Part shown: positions 18,801 through 28,732 of the stretch, piece by piece
Layout of the letters: each line of letters starts with the position of its first letter
Position numbering within the stretch: the stretch's first letter is position 1
IMG/VR virus record: IMGVR_UViG_3300037467_001324
Origin: an uncultured virus (IMG/VR IMGVR_UViG_3300037467_001324)
Lineage: Duplodnaviria; Heunggongvirae; Uroviricota; Caudoviricetes
DNA: 64,000 bases
Strand: one strand, 5' to 3'
Notes under the pieces: model-generated
Database searches by the model: none
Seen by the model: the letters and a program-made list of their open reading frames with translations, nothing else
Told to the model about the DNA's origin: nothing
Made by a program: the position numbers and the translations under genes

Positions 18801-19826
18801 TCACTGCGCAGTCAGATCGACCAGTCGCAGCTGCTCGGAGACAGCCGAGGCGCTCGCGCTGCTGAGGACCAACTCGATCTCGTGACCCTCAAGCTGATGG
18901 AGGTGCGCGAGCAGGCAATCGAGACGTGGAAAGCCGTGCTCGCGGATCCTGCGGCTCTGGCTGCCAAAGGCATGACCGCTGACCAGGTTCAAGCGATCAT
19001 CATGCAGCTCCAGCAGTTGCAGAATGAAGCGGCGATAACCGGTCGCCAGTTCCTGATGACCGGTCGCCAAATCAACGAAATGTTCGCCGACCAGTTGACC
19101 AGCGGGTTCGAGAATTTCCTACGCATGGTCTCGGAAGGCAAAAACGTCTTTTCCGCCCTCGGCATAGCCGCCGCGCAGACCGCAGCGAGCATCCTGATGG
19201 ACCTCGGAAAGATGATCCTCAAACAGGCTCTGTTCAACCTGATTGCTGGAAAATCGAAAAGCGGTGGTGGTGGTCTAGGCGGTTCGATCGCCACGTCGAT
19301 TGCCACGCTGTTCCCTGCTGCCGTCGCGATGAATACGGCAGGCGCAACGCTCGGTGCTGCCGGTGGCATCCTTACCGCTGCTGCGACCGGACTCGGCGTT
19401 TCGGCGGCCGCACTGGAAGCTGCGGCAACCACGCTGATGATCGCGAACAGCATGTCAGTGGTCGGCGCGGCACACGGTGGCGGCATCGCTGGTTCGCCGT
19501 CGATGTTCAAATCGGTTCACCCCGGCGTGTTCACCGCCGCTGCGCGCTATCACAGCGGCGGCATCGCCGGTCTCAGGCCGAACGAAATTCCGACTATCCT
19601 CGAGCGCGGCGAGGAAGTGCTGACGCGCAACGACCCTCGCCATCGCCGCAACATGCGCGGCAGCATGGACTCGGGTGGCGATGACCGCGGCATCAAGCAA
19701 GTGCTCCTCCTCGACAGGAAAGATGTCGTGGGAGCGATGGCTGACAGCGAAGGACGAAAGGTCGTCCTGACTCATATTTCCTCCGAACGGGCCGCGATCC
19801 GTCAGATTCTCGGTATCGGCCCATGA
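15801..19826 (+). CDS. Tape measure protein with an internal NlpC/P60/CHAP-like peptidoglycan hydrolase domain
   Basis: 1341 aa Ala/Gln-rich helical protein; AWCAAFVN…GDIVV..HHVGIF…LGGNQ; C-terminal RYHSGG..NEIPTILERGEEV. Confidence 0.92.
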   Translation: MATRDVQFIIRARDEASRAFEGITNALQQITNWNGKAGDSSNLLSTDLGKLVEALGSVDQVARMVTGASDRAAGAFDQQRAKVNALENDLSNLKAQAESAQSAMSSVKAAGAATGNSAETATQVEAIEAAQKQLNTQIERTSKNLTTARADLEALGTEYQRAASLANALDAAQPNIKSGQERAAAAQALQEQSAWLERIRAQMNPLAGIQEHYRIEIEKANAARAAGLYASEKEFQQVIKLLEAEKKQALAQSGVGPDGRPSLFGLKPWQATNLMYQVNDVVSGIAMGQKPSQIIAQQLGQIIQLFPRLGSGIMAAFSNPYFLGAAAIFGTIAFSIKQAADQAERLRTFAGILRANADGAQYSATALNENVKALQQYHLTADQAVTITRTFIKEGLNPSYFEKFGMAAKDMSRILGIDVKDAAQQVAEAFTGGYESIVKLDDATNFLTAAERDHIRALFDSGHAAEARQLAFDKFRKSQHDAAEEMRGPWTQAVEHLDQAWEHFKESLGDSDFANAALEGLDSLATIVEKIADAWERANSARERYKSLEGAGSVGSEQAAGGGGGGGWGGDGDPRSGQQADNKAAGDARKEIELQRQLLNASTDTARIRVAGEQAYRSEIEKTGNTAVAQLKRQAAEEAELTRIQMERRKSLLSSAAQFLGKREGNREDVAVLEGLFNQYGIKTPQGTTVDPQKLAWCAAFVNAMLASKGLPTTGSLAASSFKGYGTGVKIEDAQPGDIVVLDHHVGIFAGFGPNGTVRILGGNQGKSGAVSIENFKRSAVEAVRRPGNIAEGYDQPDSEAQYAMQIASAQDAFNKKLEVEAAQRALVINFMREQLGMSAQQLYDSQREEEIQKAILAAKQEATDKHIGFSPEQEAALRKQIGDQFDLEHGLQLVNDRIKEQTELRDALMQGAQNASQRGDDATFSRLKDQINAITPTLKAAIKAAEEWWQKLPDSPAKQAALEGFRQLDQAIDDTKHKLQDLEQQRLDQRISGLTDLQGSLRSQIDQSQLLGDSRGARAAEDQLDLVTLKLMEVREQAIETWKAVLADPAALAAKGMTADQVQAIIMQLQQLQNEAAITGRQFLMTGRQINEMFADQLTSGFENFLRMVSEGKNVFSALGIAAAQTAASILMDLGKMILKQALFNLIAGKSKSGGGGLGGSIATSIATLFPAAVAMNTAGATLGAAGGILTAAATGLGVSAAALEAAATTLMIANSMSVVGAAHGGGIAGSPSMFKSVHPGVFTAAARYHSGGIAGLRPNEIPTILERGEEVLTRNDPRHRRNMRGSMDSGGDDRGIKQVLLLDRKDVVGAMADSEGRKVVLTHISSERAAIRQILGIGP

Positions 19827-21595
19827 CGCCCGATTATCTGCTCCCGGTATTCAGCTTCCGGCCAAATTGGGCTGACGGCATCACGGAAACGCTCGAGTGG
19901 CTCACCGATCTCCTCGATGCGAAACGCAGCGGTGCCGAGCAACGCATCGCGCTCCGTCTCACCCCGCGACGCAGCTTCGAGGCGAAGCTCGATCTCCTCG
20001 ACCAGGAGCGCACGTTCGGCGACCTGTTCATCCGTCGCTTCCACGGCGCTGAGTTCATGCTGCCTTTGTGGCACGACCACGCGCAGCTCGACGCAACGGC
20101 TAATATCGGTTCAGGCAGCCTCAGCTTCGACACGACCGACCGCGAGTTCGTCGCCGGAGGAATGGCGCTGCTCATGGGGTCGGACGCGCTCAGTTGCGAG
20201 GCGGTGCGCGTCGACACGGTTACGGCAGGCGGACTAACGCTCGTCAATCCCGTAGCGAACCAAAATTGGCCCACTGGCACCTCGATTCACCCGCTGCGGC
20301 GATCGCGCTTCGACCCGCAACTGACGAAAAGTCAGATGACCGACAGCTTCGACCGCATCAATCTGCGGTTCGAGCTCAACCAGTCAAACGCACTGGACGG
20401 CGGCGCTGAGGAATTGGAACTCTATGCAGGGTTGCCGATCCTCGCTCCATCGCCGGACTGGAGCCGAACACTGGACTCGGACTGGCTTCGCAACCTGTTC
20501 ACGGTCGACAACAAGCTCGGCCTCAAGTTTGTCAACGACCCTGCCGGACGCGGCTTCCACAGCCAGCAGCACCGCTGGATGCTCGAGGGGCGCGCCGATC
20601 TCGCAGCGTTCCGCAGGCTACTTTACCGGTTGCGCGGTCGCCAGGGTTCCATCTGGTTGCCGAGCTTTACCAGCGACCTCACCCTCGCCGCAGACGCGGC
20701 TGCCGGAGCCTTGCATCTCGATGTCGTCAAGTGCGGCCTCAATTATACGGATTTCCCTGCTGCGGGCCGCGAGTATGCGATCACCGAGGCGGGTGAGGTG
20801 CTCAATTTTGCATCACTGGCAGCGCCGCCGAGCAGCTCGAGCGAACGACTGAACCTGGCGACGGCGCTCGCCGCACCGCTGAGCACGGGCGACGTTCTCT
20901 CCTGGGTCGATGTCGGGCGGCTCGATAACGACCGAATCGAGCTGTTCCATTTGACGGACAGCGACGGCGTCACGACCATCGAGGCTGTGTTCCGCACTTT
21001 CTCGAACACTCGCGACGGCTCGGCGGAAGGCGCCCTCGACCTGCCCGTGGCGGCGATGAATAGCGCAGCCTGCGGCGATACGCTGATCGGACTGTCGTGG
21101 CTCCTCCCCTGTCTTTCCGTCAGCGAGGTTGGCCCCAATCTCTGCGACTGCGCGGCTGCGTCGAACAACTCGGTCTTGATGCCTGGCGTAACCGGTCAGG
21201 ACTATGATGTGACCTTCCGGGTTCGCGGCGTCGTCGAGGTGCTTCCCTATATTGGCGGCACGGCGCTTTACGATCACGTTGTAAAAGACCCGACCGGTGC
21301 AGGCGGAACGGACGTCAATTACAACCACTACAAGCTAATCGTCAGCAACCCGGCTGCTGAATACTATCTCAACGCCAATGCGACCAATGTTGAGAACATG
21401 GCACTGGATTATGAAATCACTATTCCAATCAAAGGCGGTGCGACGCTTACGCTTGATGCTGTCAGTATAGACAGCCTAGAGTTCCAGAATGAAGGCAACC
21501 TTGCGGTCGCAGACGATGATCCGCTGAGGCCGGTCGTCGTCACTCAGCCTTACAACGGTCAGTTCATGCAGATAGATTTGCTGGAGGCCGTGTAA
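19823..21595 (+). CDS. Distal tail/baseplate protein with an extra C-terminal beta-rich domain
   Basis: PNWADGITETLEWLTD, EQRIALRLTPRR, LRGRQ..IWLPS; follows the TMP. Confidence 0.75.
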   Translation: MTPDYLLPVFSFRPNWADGITETLEWLTDLLDAKRSGAEQRIALRLTPRRSFEAKLDLLDQERTFGDLFIRRFHGAEFMLPLWHDHAQLDATANIGSGSLSFDTTDREFVAGGMALLMGSDALSCEAVRVDTVTAGGLTLVNPVANQNWPTGTSIHPLRRSRFDPQLTKSQMTDSFDRINLRFELNQSNALDGGAEELELYAGLPILAPSPDWSRTLDSDWLRNLFTVDNKLGLKFVNDPAGRGFHSQQHRWMLEGRADLAAFRRLLYRLRGRQGSIWLPSFTSDLTLAADAAAGALHLDVVKCGLNYTDFPAAGREYAITEAGEVLNFASLAAPPSSSSERLNLATALAAPLSTGDVLSWVDVGRLDNDRIELFHLTDSDGVTTIEAVFRTFSNTRDGSAEGALDLPVAAMNSAACGDTLIGLSWLLPCLSVSEVGPNLCDCAAASNNSVLMPGVTGQDYDVTFRVRGVVEVLPYIGGTALYDHVVKDPTGAGGTDVNYNHYKLIVSNPAAEYYLNANATNVENMALDYEITIPIKGGATLTLDAVSIDSLEFQNEGNLAVADDDPLRPVVVTQPYNGQFMQIDLLEAV

Positions 21596-22444
21596 ATGGG
21601 CTTCTCCACCTACGAACAGTCGAACACTGATGGGCGACCGATTAAGTTCTACGCTTTTCGGTGGGGCAACAGTTATTGGTATTACACATCGGCAGACGAG
21701 GAAAAGATTGTCGATGGCAATACTTATGTGCCGATCGCCATAGGTGACGAGGGACTAACACAAGGCACAGGAGCCGAGGCTAAAGAGTTCAACGTCAATA
21801 TGCCGGCGCTACTCGACGATGGCGCTGGAGGCACAATCCCGACTCCCGTAGTTGTGCTGTTCCGCGGCACGCCGCCGAGCGAGCCGGTCTATCTGACTGT
21901 TCGCAAGAAGCACGAGCAGGATCCTGAAACGCCGATTGAGTGGATCGGCAAAATCGTGAACGTGGTACGCACCGACGAAGGCGCTAACGCCAAAATCGTC
22001 TGCCGCAACCCCGGCTTGAAGCGCACCGGACTACGACTGACCTGGTGCCGCGAATGCCCGCATTTCGTGTTCGACACAGGGTGCGCGCTCGACAAGACGC
22101 TCTATGCGGTCACGCGAAACATAACGGCGCTGACCGGCAACAGCATCACAGTCGACGGCGCTGCACTCACTGCCGCTCCCTATTTCAACGGCGGCTTCAT
22201 CGAATGGGACGCGGACGGACTCGGCACGATTGAGCGCCGTGGAATCGAGAAGGATCTCGGCGGCAACGAGCTCCAATTGTTCGGGCGCAGCGACGGCCTG
22301 AGCATCGGCCAAGCTGTCACGATGTATCCAGGTTGCGACGGCAGCGCCGAGACCTGCGAAACAAAATTCAACAATTTGCCGAACTACGGCGGCGTGGATT
22401 TCATGCCCGGCAAATCTCCGTTCGACGGTCGGCAGGTGTTCTAA
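21596..22444 (+). CDS. Baseplate hub protein (DUF2163/BR0599 family)
   Basis: CPH..FD.GC and YPGCDG...C..KFNN..NYGG motifs. Confidence 0.88.
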   Translation: MGFSTYEQSNTDGRPIKFYAFRWGNSYWYYTSADEEKIVDGNTYVPIAIGDEGLTQGTGAEAKEFNVNMPALLDDGAGGTIPTPVVVLFRGTPPSEPVYLTVRKKHEQDPETPIEWIGKIVNVVRTDEGANAKIVCRNPGLKRTGLRLTWCRECPHFVFDTGCALDKTLYAVTRNITALTGNSITVDGAALTAAPYFNGGFIEWDADGLGTIERRGIEKDLGGNELQLFGRSDGLSIGQAVTMYPGCDGSAETCETKFNNLPNYGGVDFMPGKSPFDGRQVF

Positions 22445-22690
22445 ATGGACCCGGTAACCGCAATCGTCGTCGCTCTCGTGATGATGGCAGCGAGTCTGCT
22501 CATCAGCTCGATGCTTGTGAAGCACAACAGCGTAAAGCCTGCCGTGCTCGAGGATTTCGATTTCCCGCAGGTCGAAGAAGGCACGCCCCAAGCGGTTCTA
22601 TTCGGCCAGTGCTGGACTCCAGGTTGGCAGGTGCTCTGGTACGGCCAGCTGGCGACCACAAAAATCAAGTCGGACGCGAGCAAGAAATGA
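22445..22690 (+). CDS. Small tail assembly protein
   Basis: FDFPQVEEGTPQAVLFG motif; synteny. Confidence 0.75.
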   Translation: MDPVTAIVVALVMMAASLLISSMLVKHNSVKPAVLEDFDFPQVEEGTPQAVLFGQCWTPGWQVLWYGQLATTKIKSDASKK

Positions 22691-22905
22691 GCGAGCTTCG
22701 TGTCTATGTTCACCATGTTCGGGCGGCAAAGCTCTGCATGAGCGGCGCCCGCAAGTGGTTCGCCATGCGCGGCCTCGACTGGAATCGATTCCTCGAGGAA
22801 GGACTGTCGGCCGATTTCCTGCGCGAACTGAACGACCCGATTTCAAATCGCGCGCTCGCCCAAGCCGAGGCCGAAGCACAGGAGCTCGCAGATGGGCGGG
22901 AGTAA
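22687..22905 (+). CDS. Small tail assembly protein
   Basis: MSELRVYVHHVRAAKLCMSGARKWF…LDWNRFLEEG; ATGA overlap. Confidence 0.75.
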   Translation: MSELRVYVHHVRAAKLCMSGARKWFAMRGLDWNRFLEEGLSADFLRELNDPISNRALAQAEAEAQELADGRE

Positions 22906-25312
22906 GGGTGGCGACCAGACCATCGGTTACAACTATATTATGACCGTGCTTGCCGGCTTCGGTCGCGGGCCGGAGAACGGATGCCTCGCTGTCGAGGTTG
23001 ACGACAAAATTGCATGGGTCGGCGAGGTCACGGATTCAACGCCGACTCCCATCAACAAGCCTAACCTGTTCGGAGGTCAGCAGAAGGAAGGCGGCATCCA
23101 GGGCGCGTTCCGGTGGCTTTCCGGTGCGCGCGATCAGCTGCTGCCAGGCGCGGCGACCGTCAATGTTGGGTCCTTCGGGCCTGTGCCGACTGTCACGATT
23201 CCCAATATCAAGACGGCGATCGGAGGCAGGGTTTCGGAGCTCCGAGGCTTCACCTCTTTTCTGTACCGAGGCCTGGTCTCGTCAATGAATCCATATCCGA
23301 AGGAATGGCATTTCCTTCGGTGGCGCACGACGAACGGCTGGTTCGGCGGCACTGCCTGGTATCCTGAGAAAGCACAGATTCTGATGGCCGGCGACGGTCA
23401 CGAGCTGGAATCCGGTCGACCCGTTGGAAGCGGCGCCGTAGGCGGCATCATCGGATTTCTCCTCTATGTGATGAGGGGAGGTATGGGGCTGCGCCCCAAT
23501 GAACAGGTCGACAACAAGATCCGCGCGATGAACCCCGCGCACATGATTTACCAGGTGCTGACCGACCCGGAGTGGGGCGCGAACCGGCAGACCGCGGAAC
23601 TCGACGAGAACAGCTTCATCCTCGCGGCGAATACGCTTTGTGCGGAAGGATTCGGTCTCTGCATCCATTGGGTTCGCCAGGAGGACGTCGAAACATTCAT
23701 CCAGTCGGTCATCGATCACATCGTTGCCGTTCTTTACACCGACCGTGCGACAGGCAAGCTCGTCCTCAAGCTCGTCCGTAACGACTACGACCCCGCCACG
23801 GTGCCGCTCTATGACGCAAACAGCGGCCTTCTCGAAATAGAGGAGGACGATAGCGCCTCCGGCGACGAAGCGATCAACGAAATCATCCTCAAAGGCCGCG
23901 ATCACAGTGTTGCCGGACGCGGCAAAGATTTCGAGGTGCGCGTTCACAACGTCGCGGCGCGTCAAGCTGAGGGCGCAATCAGCCAAACGCTGAGTCTGCC
24001 TGGCATCCCGACACGCGCCTTGGGTCTCAGGCGTGCGCAGATGGAGCTCGCCATCCATGCTCCCGGCCTCAAGCGGTTCAAGCTCAAGCTCGATCGCCGT
24101 GCTTGGAAACTGACACCTGGGGCGGTCATCAGGGTTTCAGCACCGGGCAACGACATCGACAATATGATTCTGCGTATCGCAGAGGCTGACCACGGTGCAA
24201 GCGACGACACTGCGATCAATGTTCGCGCGGTCGAGGACGTCTTTGGTCTCCCGACATCGTCGTTCAAATCCCCCAATCAGACGGGCTGGACTCCGCCCGA
24301 TATGACAGCCACTCCGGCTGCGGCCGCGCGGCTTATCGAGGCGGGATATTACGACCTTCTCCGGCGCATAGGTGAGACTGGTTTTGCGGACGTTGAGCCT
24401 ACTGCTGCCTACATCGGCCAGTTGGCGATGTCGCCGGGATACGCCTACCAGTACGATCTCGCCTCGCGGGTGTCGGGCGAACCTGAGTTCACGGTGCGCG
24501 CTCGCGGTTCCTTCACGCCGCGCGGCCTCTTGGCGGTCGCCATTGCTGCGCTCGACACCGACATCATCCTTACCGATTCAACGGCGCTCGATGAGTTCGA
24601 GGTTGGTGAGGCGCTCATCCTCGAGGACGAGGTTCTACGGGTCGACGCCGTGAATGTCGCAACATTGACGGTCACGGTGGCGCGCGGCTGCCTGGACACG
24701 ATTCCAGCTTCGCACGATGCCGGCGCAGCTGTCTGGAGCCTGGATGACGACTTGGTCAGCGATCTGCGGGAATATGCGCAGACAGAGACTGTCGAAACCA
24801 AGGTGCTGACGCGCACGTCGAGCGACCTTCTCGACGAAGCAGACGCCCCAACGCTGTCGGTTACGCTCGTCGCGAGGCACGACAAGCCTTATCCGCCTGG
24901 CGATGTGAAGGTCGACGGTCAGTCGATTTACAGCATGAGCGGGGCGCATAGCGAGCCGGTTCTCACCTTCACTGACCGTGACCGCTTGAGCCAGGGCGAC
25001 CAGCTTATCGAGCATGGTGCTCCAAGTGTCGGACCCGAAGCGGGCGTCACCTACACGGTGCGGGTCAAAACGCCCGATGGCGTGACGACGCTGCGCACGG
25101 AAACCATCACCTCGGGGTGGACCTACACTGCCGCGATGCAGGCGGCGGATGGGGTAACGACATCGACGGTTGTCATCGAACTGGAGTCTGTCCGCGGCGG
25201 TGTCGTGTCGTGGCAGCATTACACTTTCACCATCGTCGTAGCGGGTCGGCTCACCGAAGATAGTTCGCTGCGGCTTACCGAGGACGGCAGCATAAGAGTG
25301 ACGGAGGATTAA
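22892..25312 (+). CDS. Tail tip/central tail protein
   Basis: MGGSKG N-terminus, NLFGG..KEGG, MNPAHMIY, ARGCLDT, PYPPG. Confidence 0.85.
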   Translation: MGGSKGGDQTIGYNYIMTVLAGFGRGPENGCLAVEVDDKIAWVGEVTDSTPTPINKPNLFGGQQKEGGIQGAFRWLSGARDQLLPGAATVNVGSFGPVPTVTIPNIKTAIGGRVSELRGFTSFLYRGLVSSMNPYPKEWHFLRWRTTNGWFGGTAWYPEKAQILMAGDGHELESGRPVGSGAVGGIIGFLLYVMRGGMGLRPNEQVDNKIRAMNPAHMIYQVLTDPEWGANRQTAELDENSFILAANTLCAEGFGLCIHWVRQEDVETFIQSVIDHIVAVLYTDRATGKLVLKLVRNDYDPATVPLYDANSGLLEIEEDDSASGDEAINEIILKGRDHSVAGRGKDFEVRVHNVAARQAEGAISQTLSLPGIPTRALGLRRAQMELAIHAPGLKRFKLKLDRRAWKLTPGAVIRVSAPGNDIDNMILRIAEADHGASDDTAINVRAVEDVFGLPTSSFKSPNQTGWTPPDMTATPAAAARLIEAGYYDLLRRIGETGFADVEPTAAYIGQLAMSPGYAYQYDLASRVSGEPEFTVRARGSFTPRGLLAVAIAALDTDIILTDSTALDEFEVGEALILEDEVLRVDAVNVATLTVTVARGCLDTIPASHDAGAAVWSLDDDLVSDLREYAQTETVETKVLTRTSSDLLDEADAPTLSVTLVARHDKPYPPGDVKVDGQSIYSMSGAHSEPVLTFTDRDRLSQGDQLIEHGAPSVGPEAGVTYTVRVKTPDGVTTLRTETITSGWTYTAAMQAADGVTTSTVVIELESVRGGVVSWQHYTFTIVVAGRLTEDSSLRLTEDGSIRVTED

Positions 25313-25315
25313 CGA

Positions 25316-27148
25316 ATGTCGAGTTCCTATATCAGCGGTCTGCTGGCGACGACCGGCCTGACTCCGGCAGCTCTGCTCGAGGTGTCGGAACTATCGACCA
25401 CGGTCAAAATAACTGCGAACACGATTAGCGCGCAGGCGTCCGACAATAGCTACAATGATTCCGCCAACGGCTTGGTCGCTGCTGGTTTTGCCGTCAACGA
25501 CCGCGTCCAGGTGACAGGCTTCACCGGGGATGTCGCCAACAACATCTTCGCTGGAACCATCACGGCGCTGACTGCCGGTAAAATGACCATCGGCGGCACT
25601 GACGGCGACGTCATCGTTGACGATGCAGCCGGCGAGTCCGTCACAATCACTAAATGGGTGACTCGCCGCACGACAGCGCAGGATATTGCCAACCTCGCGT
25701 CAGGTGGCGGAGGCTCCTGGAAAGAACCGGTGCGTGCGGCGACGACAGCACCCTTGCCAGCGAACACGTACGCCAACGGCACAAGTGGCGTCGGAGCAAC
25801 CCTTACTGGCAATGCTAACGGAGCGCTTTCTGCTCAGGATGGCGTGACCCTCGTCGCGGATGAGCGCTTGCTGGTCAAAGACGAGACGAGCGCAGCGCAC
25901 AATGGCGTTTATGTTGTGACGCAAGTCGGCGACGCATCGAATCCTTACATCCTGACCCGAGCGACAGACGCAGATCAGGGCAGCGAATTTCCTGGTGCCG
26001 CAGTCAAGGTGACCGAGGGGACCACGAACGCTGACACGGAGTTTGTCTGCACCACTGACGCGACCGTCACGATGGGAACGACTGGTCTTTCGTTCAGTCA
26101 GCGCGGCGGCTCGTCCATCACTGCAAAGGACGAAGGCTCGGCGCTGACGAGCGCAATGACGTCGGTCGACTTTGTCGGCGCCGGCGTCAGCGCGACGAAC
26201 AGCGGCGGCGCGGTCACAGTCACGATCCCCGGCGCCAGCAGCACATTGCCCCCGACCGGAGTTTTTTCAATTAGCAACAAGGCCGGCTCGCGGGCGCTCA
26301 ATACGGTGTATCAGAACACAACTGGACACCCCATCATTCTGGTAGTGAACGACTCGACCAATACGCCCGCTGTTCTATATGTCGGCGCCGTAAGCGCCGA
26401 TGTCACGGCAGGTGCAGCGAACACTTACGCATATTCTAATCAGACTTTCGGTACGGGCGGCGGAAACGCGCATTACGCGGTTGTTCCGCCTAACTACTAT
26501 TACAAAATGACCGGTGGCTCGCTTAATGGTTGGCTGGAAGTCGAATTTAATACGGGGACTTGCACTGACTCAGGCAACATTAGCGGAAGTCGTGCGCTGA
26601 ACACCGCCTATCAGAATACGTCAGGCGGCATGAGAATCGTCGAAGTTTCTGTTTCCGGCGTTTCAAATGGCGCCACTATTAGCGGTTTCAGCGATTCAGC
26701 GGCCGCGCCTGCGCTAGAAGTAGTTAAGAACTCTACCAGCTTTTCCGTGATGAGCGTTCTGATTATCGTGCCGAACAACTATTATTACAAAGTCACGGCG
26801 AGCGCGGGCGCAATCCAGTCATGGCATGAATATGATTTCAACCTGCAAGCGACGCAACTCGCGCCGTCAAATCGCAGTGTTGACAGATCGCTGGTTATGC
26901 CATGGGTGTTGAACAATACCGACAAGTCGTCCATCGACTTTGTGAAGGTCACTGCGCCGACAACTGGCACCTTCTTTCTAACCTCTGGAGTGTCGCCGAC
27001 GCATGGGTATGGGCCTGCGGGCGCATATTCGACAGGCCGAGTGCAAACTGCGATTGGCTTCACCGCACCGTTGCAAATCTTGAGCGCCTGGCAGGACAAC
27101 AGTACGGGTCCGACACTCAATGCGTGGTACCAATACCTGATAAATTAG
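25316..27148 (+). CDS. Tail fibre/receptor-binding protein
   Basis: WKEPVRAATT…DGVTL…RLLVKD…NGVYVV…LTRATD fibre module; duplicated SRALNT.YQNT..VPxNYYYK units; lower-GC 3' half. Confidence 0.8.
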   Translation: MSSSYISGLLATTGLTPAALLEVSELSTTVKITANTISAQASDNSYNDSANGLVAAGFAVNDRVQVTGFTGDVANNIFAGTITALTAGKMTIGGTDGDVIVDDAAGESVTITKWVTRRTTAQDIANLASGGGGSWKEPVRAATTAPLPANTYANGTSGVGATLTGNANGALSAQDGVTLVADERLLVKDETSAAHNGVYVVTQVGDASNPYILTRATDADQGSEFPGAAVKVTEGTTNADTEFVCTTDATVTMGTTGLSFSQRGGSSITAKDEGSALTSAMTSVDFVGAGVSATNSGGAVTVTIPGASSTLPPTGVFSISNKAGSRALNTVYQNTTGHPIILVVNDSTNTPAVLYVGAVSADVTAGAANTYAYSNQTFGTGGGNAHYAVVPPNYYYKMTGGSLNGWLEVEFNTGTCTDSGNISGSRALNTAYQNTSGGMRIVEVSVSGVSNGATISGFSDSAAAPALEVVKNSTSFSVMSVLIIVPNNYYYKVTASAGAIQSWHEYDFNLQATQLAPSNRSVDRSLVMPWVLNNTDKSSIDFVKVTAPTTGTFFLTSGVSPTHGYGPAGAYSTGRVQTAIGFTAPLQILSAWQDNSTGPTLNAWYQYLIN

Positions 27149-28334
27149 CCCGCTCGTATGACCGGACAACCGGCATCAAGACGTTCGGCTCAGTTCCGTA
27201 TCGTAGCTTGACATAACGCGTTATCAGCACGACGACCACGCCTGTCAGCAGGATCAGTGGATTCAGGACGACCTGCGGCGTTGTGGCGTCAGCGGTGCCG
27301 AACCCTTTGGGTAACAGCATGAGCAAGGACGCGATGATGCTCGCCAGGTTTGCATCCTCGAGCAACAGTGGCGCGACGAAGATCAGCAAGTGGTAGTCGG
27401 CGAAAACCGGCGTTGATAGCGCGGAGACCGCAGCGCAGATGAAGGCTTGGTCGCCGTAGCTCAAACGCTTCGTCCACGCTGCGTAGAGCATCGGCACCAA
27501 CAGCAGCAGCGGCAGGGCTGATATGATGCCCGGCCAGTGCGGCGACCCCAGGGCAGCTGCGGCGCCCCACAGTGACGAACCGAAGGCGACTCCGCGGCCG
27601 GCAGCCAATGTGTAATCGTTATAGAGCTTCAAACCGGCAAGGAATGCAGAAACCGTGTAATTCGGATCGATCAAGTGCGCTGCAATGAACGACGCCACGA
27701 GAATCGATGACGCCAAAGCTCCTGCTTTGATCGCGAAGCGCCAATCGAGGAAAAGCAGCGGCAGCGCGCAAATAACGAGATTCGGTCGCACGTTTACGGC
27801 GATGGCGAACAGCACGGCACCAATCCAGTCGGCTCGCCGACGCAGGAGTGCGGCGACCGCGCAGGTGCCTGAAACCGCAGCAAAGAGATTCCCGCGGTCG
27901 AGCAGGTAGATTGCCGGATAGCTGAGAACCGCGACGAACGCCCACGTCCAGGTTCTTGTGTGTCGCTCGACGATGGTCAGCAGAGCCATCACGAACGCGG
28001 TCGACAAGGTGACACCCAATATGAGCGGGCTGACGAGAGAGAATGCCGCCCTGAGCATCTGAGTCAGCAGCATCGTGAACGGCGGCACATGATAATATCC
28101 GATGACGCCGCTGTGATAGTCCGAGCTGCGACTGTAGATCGCACTGAGCTCGAACCCTGCGGGATCCGGCGCGAGCGGTGGTCCCGGCAATGCCGATACG
28201 AACTTGAAGAAATCGGCAAACCCGTCGCTCATCGGAAAGAACGGCGCCGCCCAACTGAGCCACGCCGCGACCAAAATTGCTATCCACGCAACGATGAGAA
28301 CTCCGAGAACGAACGACGCTCTTAACTCGCGCAT
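27117..28334 (-). CDS. Membrane glycosyltransferase, GT87/DUF2029-like (moron)
   Basis: Many hydrophobic segments, FADF..F, YHVPPF, LDRGN; AGGAGG before ATG 28334; opposite strand to the late operon. Confidence 0.75.
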   Translation of the reverse strand: MRELRASFVLGVLIVAWIAILVAAWLSWAAPFFPMSDGFADFFKFVSALPGPPLAPDPAGFELSAIYSRSSDYHSGVIGYYHVPPFTMLLTQMLRAAFSLVSPLILGVTLSTAFVMALLTIVERHTRTWTWAFVAVLSYPAIYLLDRGNLFAAVSGTCAVAALLRRRADWIGAVLFAIAVNVRPNLVICALPLLFLDWRFAIKAGALASSILVASFIAAHLIDPNYTVSAFLAGLKLYNDYTLAAGRGVAFGSSLWGAAAALGSPHWPGIISALPLLLLVPMLYAAWTKRLSYGDQAFICAAVSALSTPVFADYHLLIFVAPLLLEDANLASIIASLLMLLPKGFGTADATTPQVVLNPLILLTGVVVVLITRYVKLRYGTEPNVLMPVVRSYERANLSGIGTTH

Positions 28335-28462
28335 ACCCCTCCTAATCCGAGCGGCCACACACTTAACCAAAGTTAAACATGCGTCAACGGTCGCCTTTAT
28401 TGCCGAGTCACGGTCGCTGTGTTATCAAATCACCAATTTAGTGATTCGCTAGGGGTCGCCGC

Positions 28463-28732
28463 GTGACCGGAAGCAGCATTCTCGCCAGGATCCGGTCGCA
28501 CCTCGTCGATGACGTGCGCCGCGTCTGGACATGGGCCACGACCTACTGGCACCTGATTTTCGGCGCCGTTACCGCGTATTGCGCTGACCCCTCGAATTGG
28601 TCGGCCATCTCGTCGACCTTCTACTCGATCCCCGCAGAGTATCGGATGTTCGTGCCGTATGGCGTCGGATTCTTCATCGGCGTCATCCCGATCCTACTGC
28701 GCATCTGGAAGCAGCCGCGGCGCAATGGCTGA
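28463..28732 (+). CDS. Holin-like membrane protein
   Basis: Two hydrophobic segments, basic C-terminus (RIWKQPRR), directly upstream of the endolysin. Confidence 0.7.
   Translation: MTGSSILARIRSHLVDDVRRVWTWATTYWHLIFGAVTAYCADPSNWSAISSTFYSIPAEYRMFVPYGVGFFIGVIPILLRIWKQPRRNG

Noticed and set aside
28363..28376. CtrA box upstream of the GT87 gene
   Set aside because: TTAA-N6-TTAA has six rather than seven spacer bases; at best a half site.
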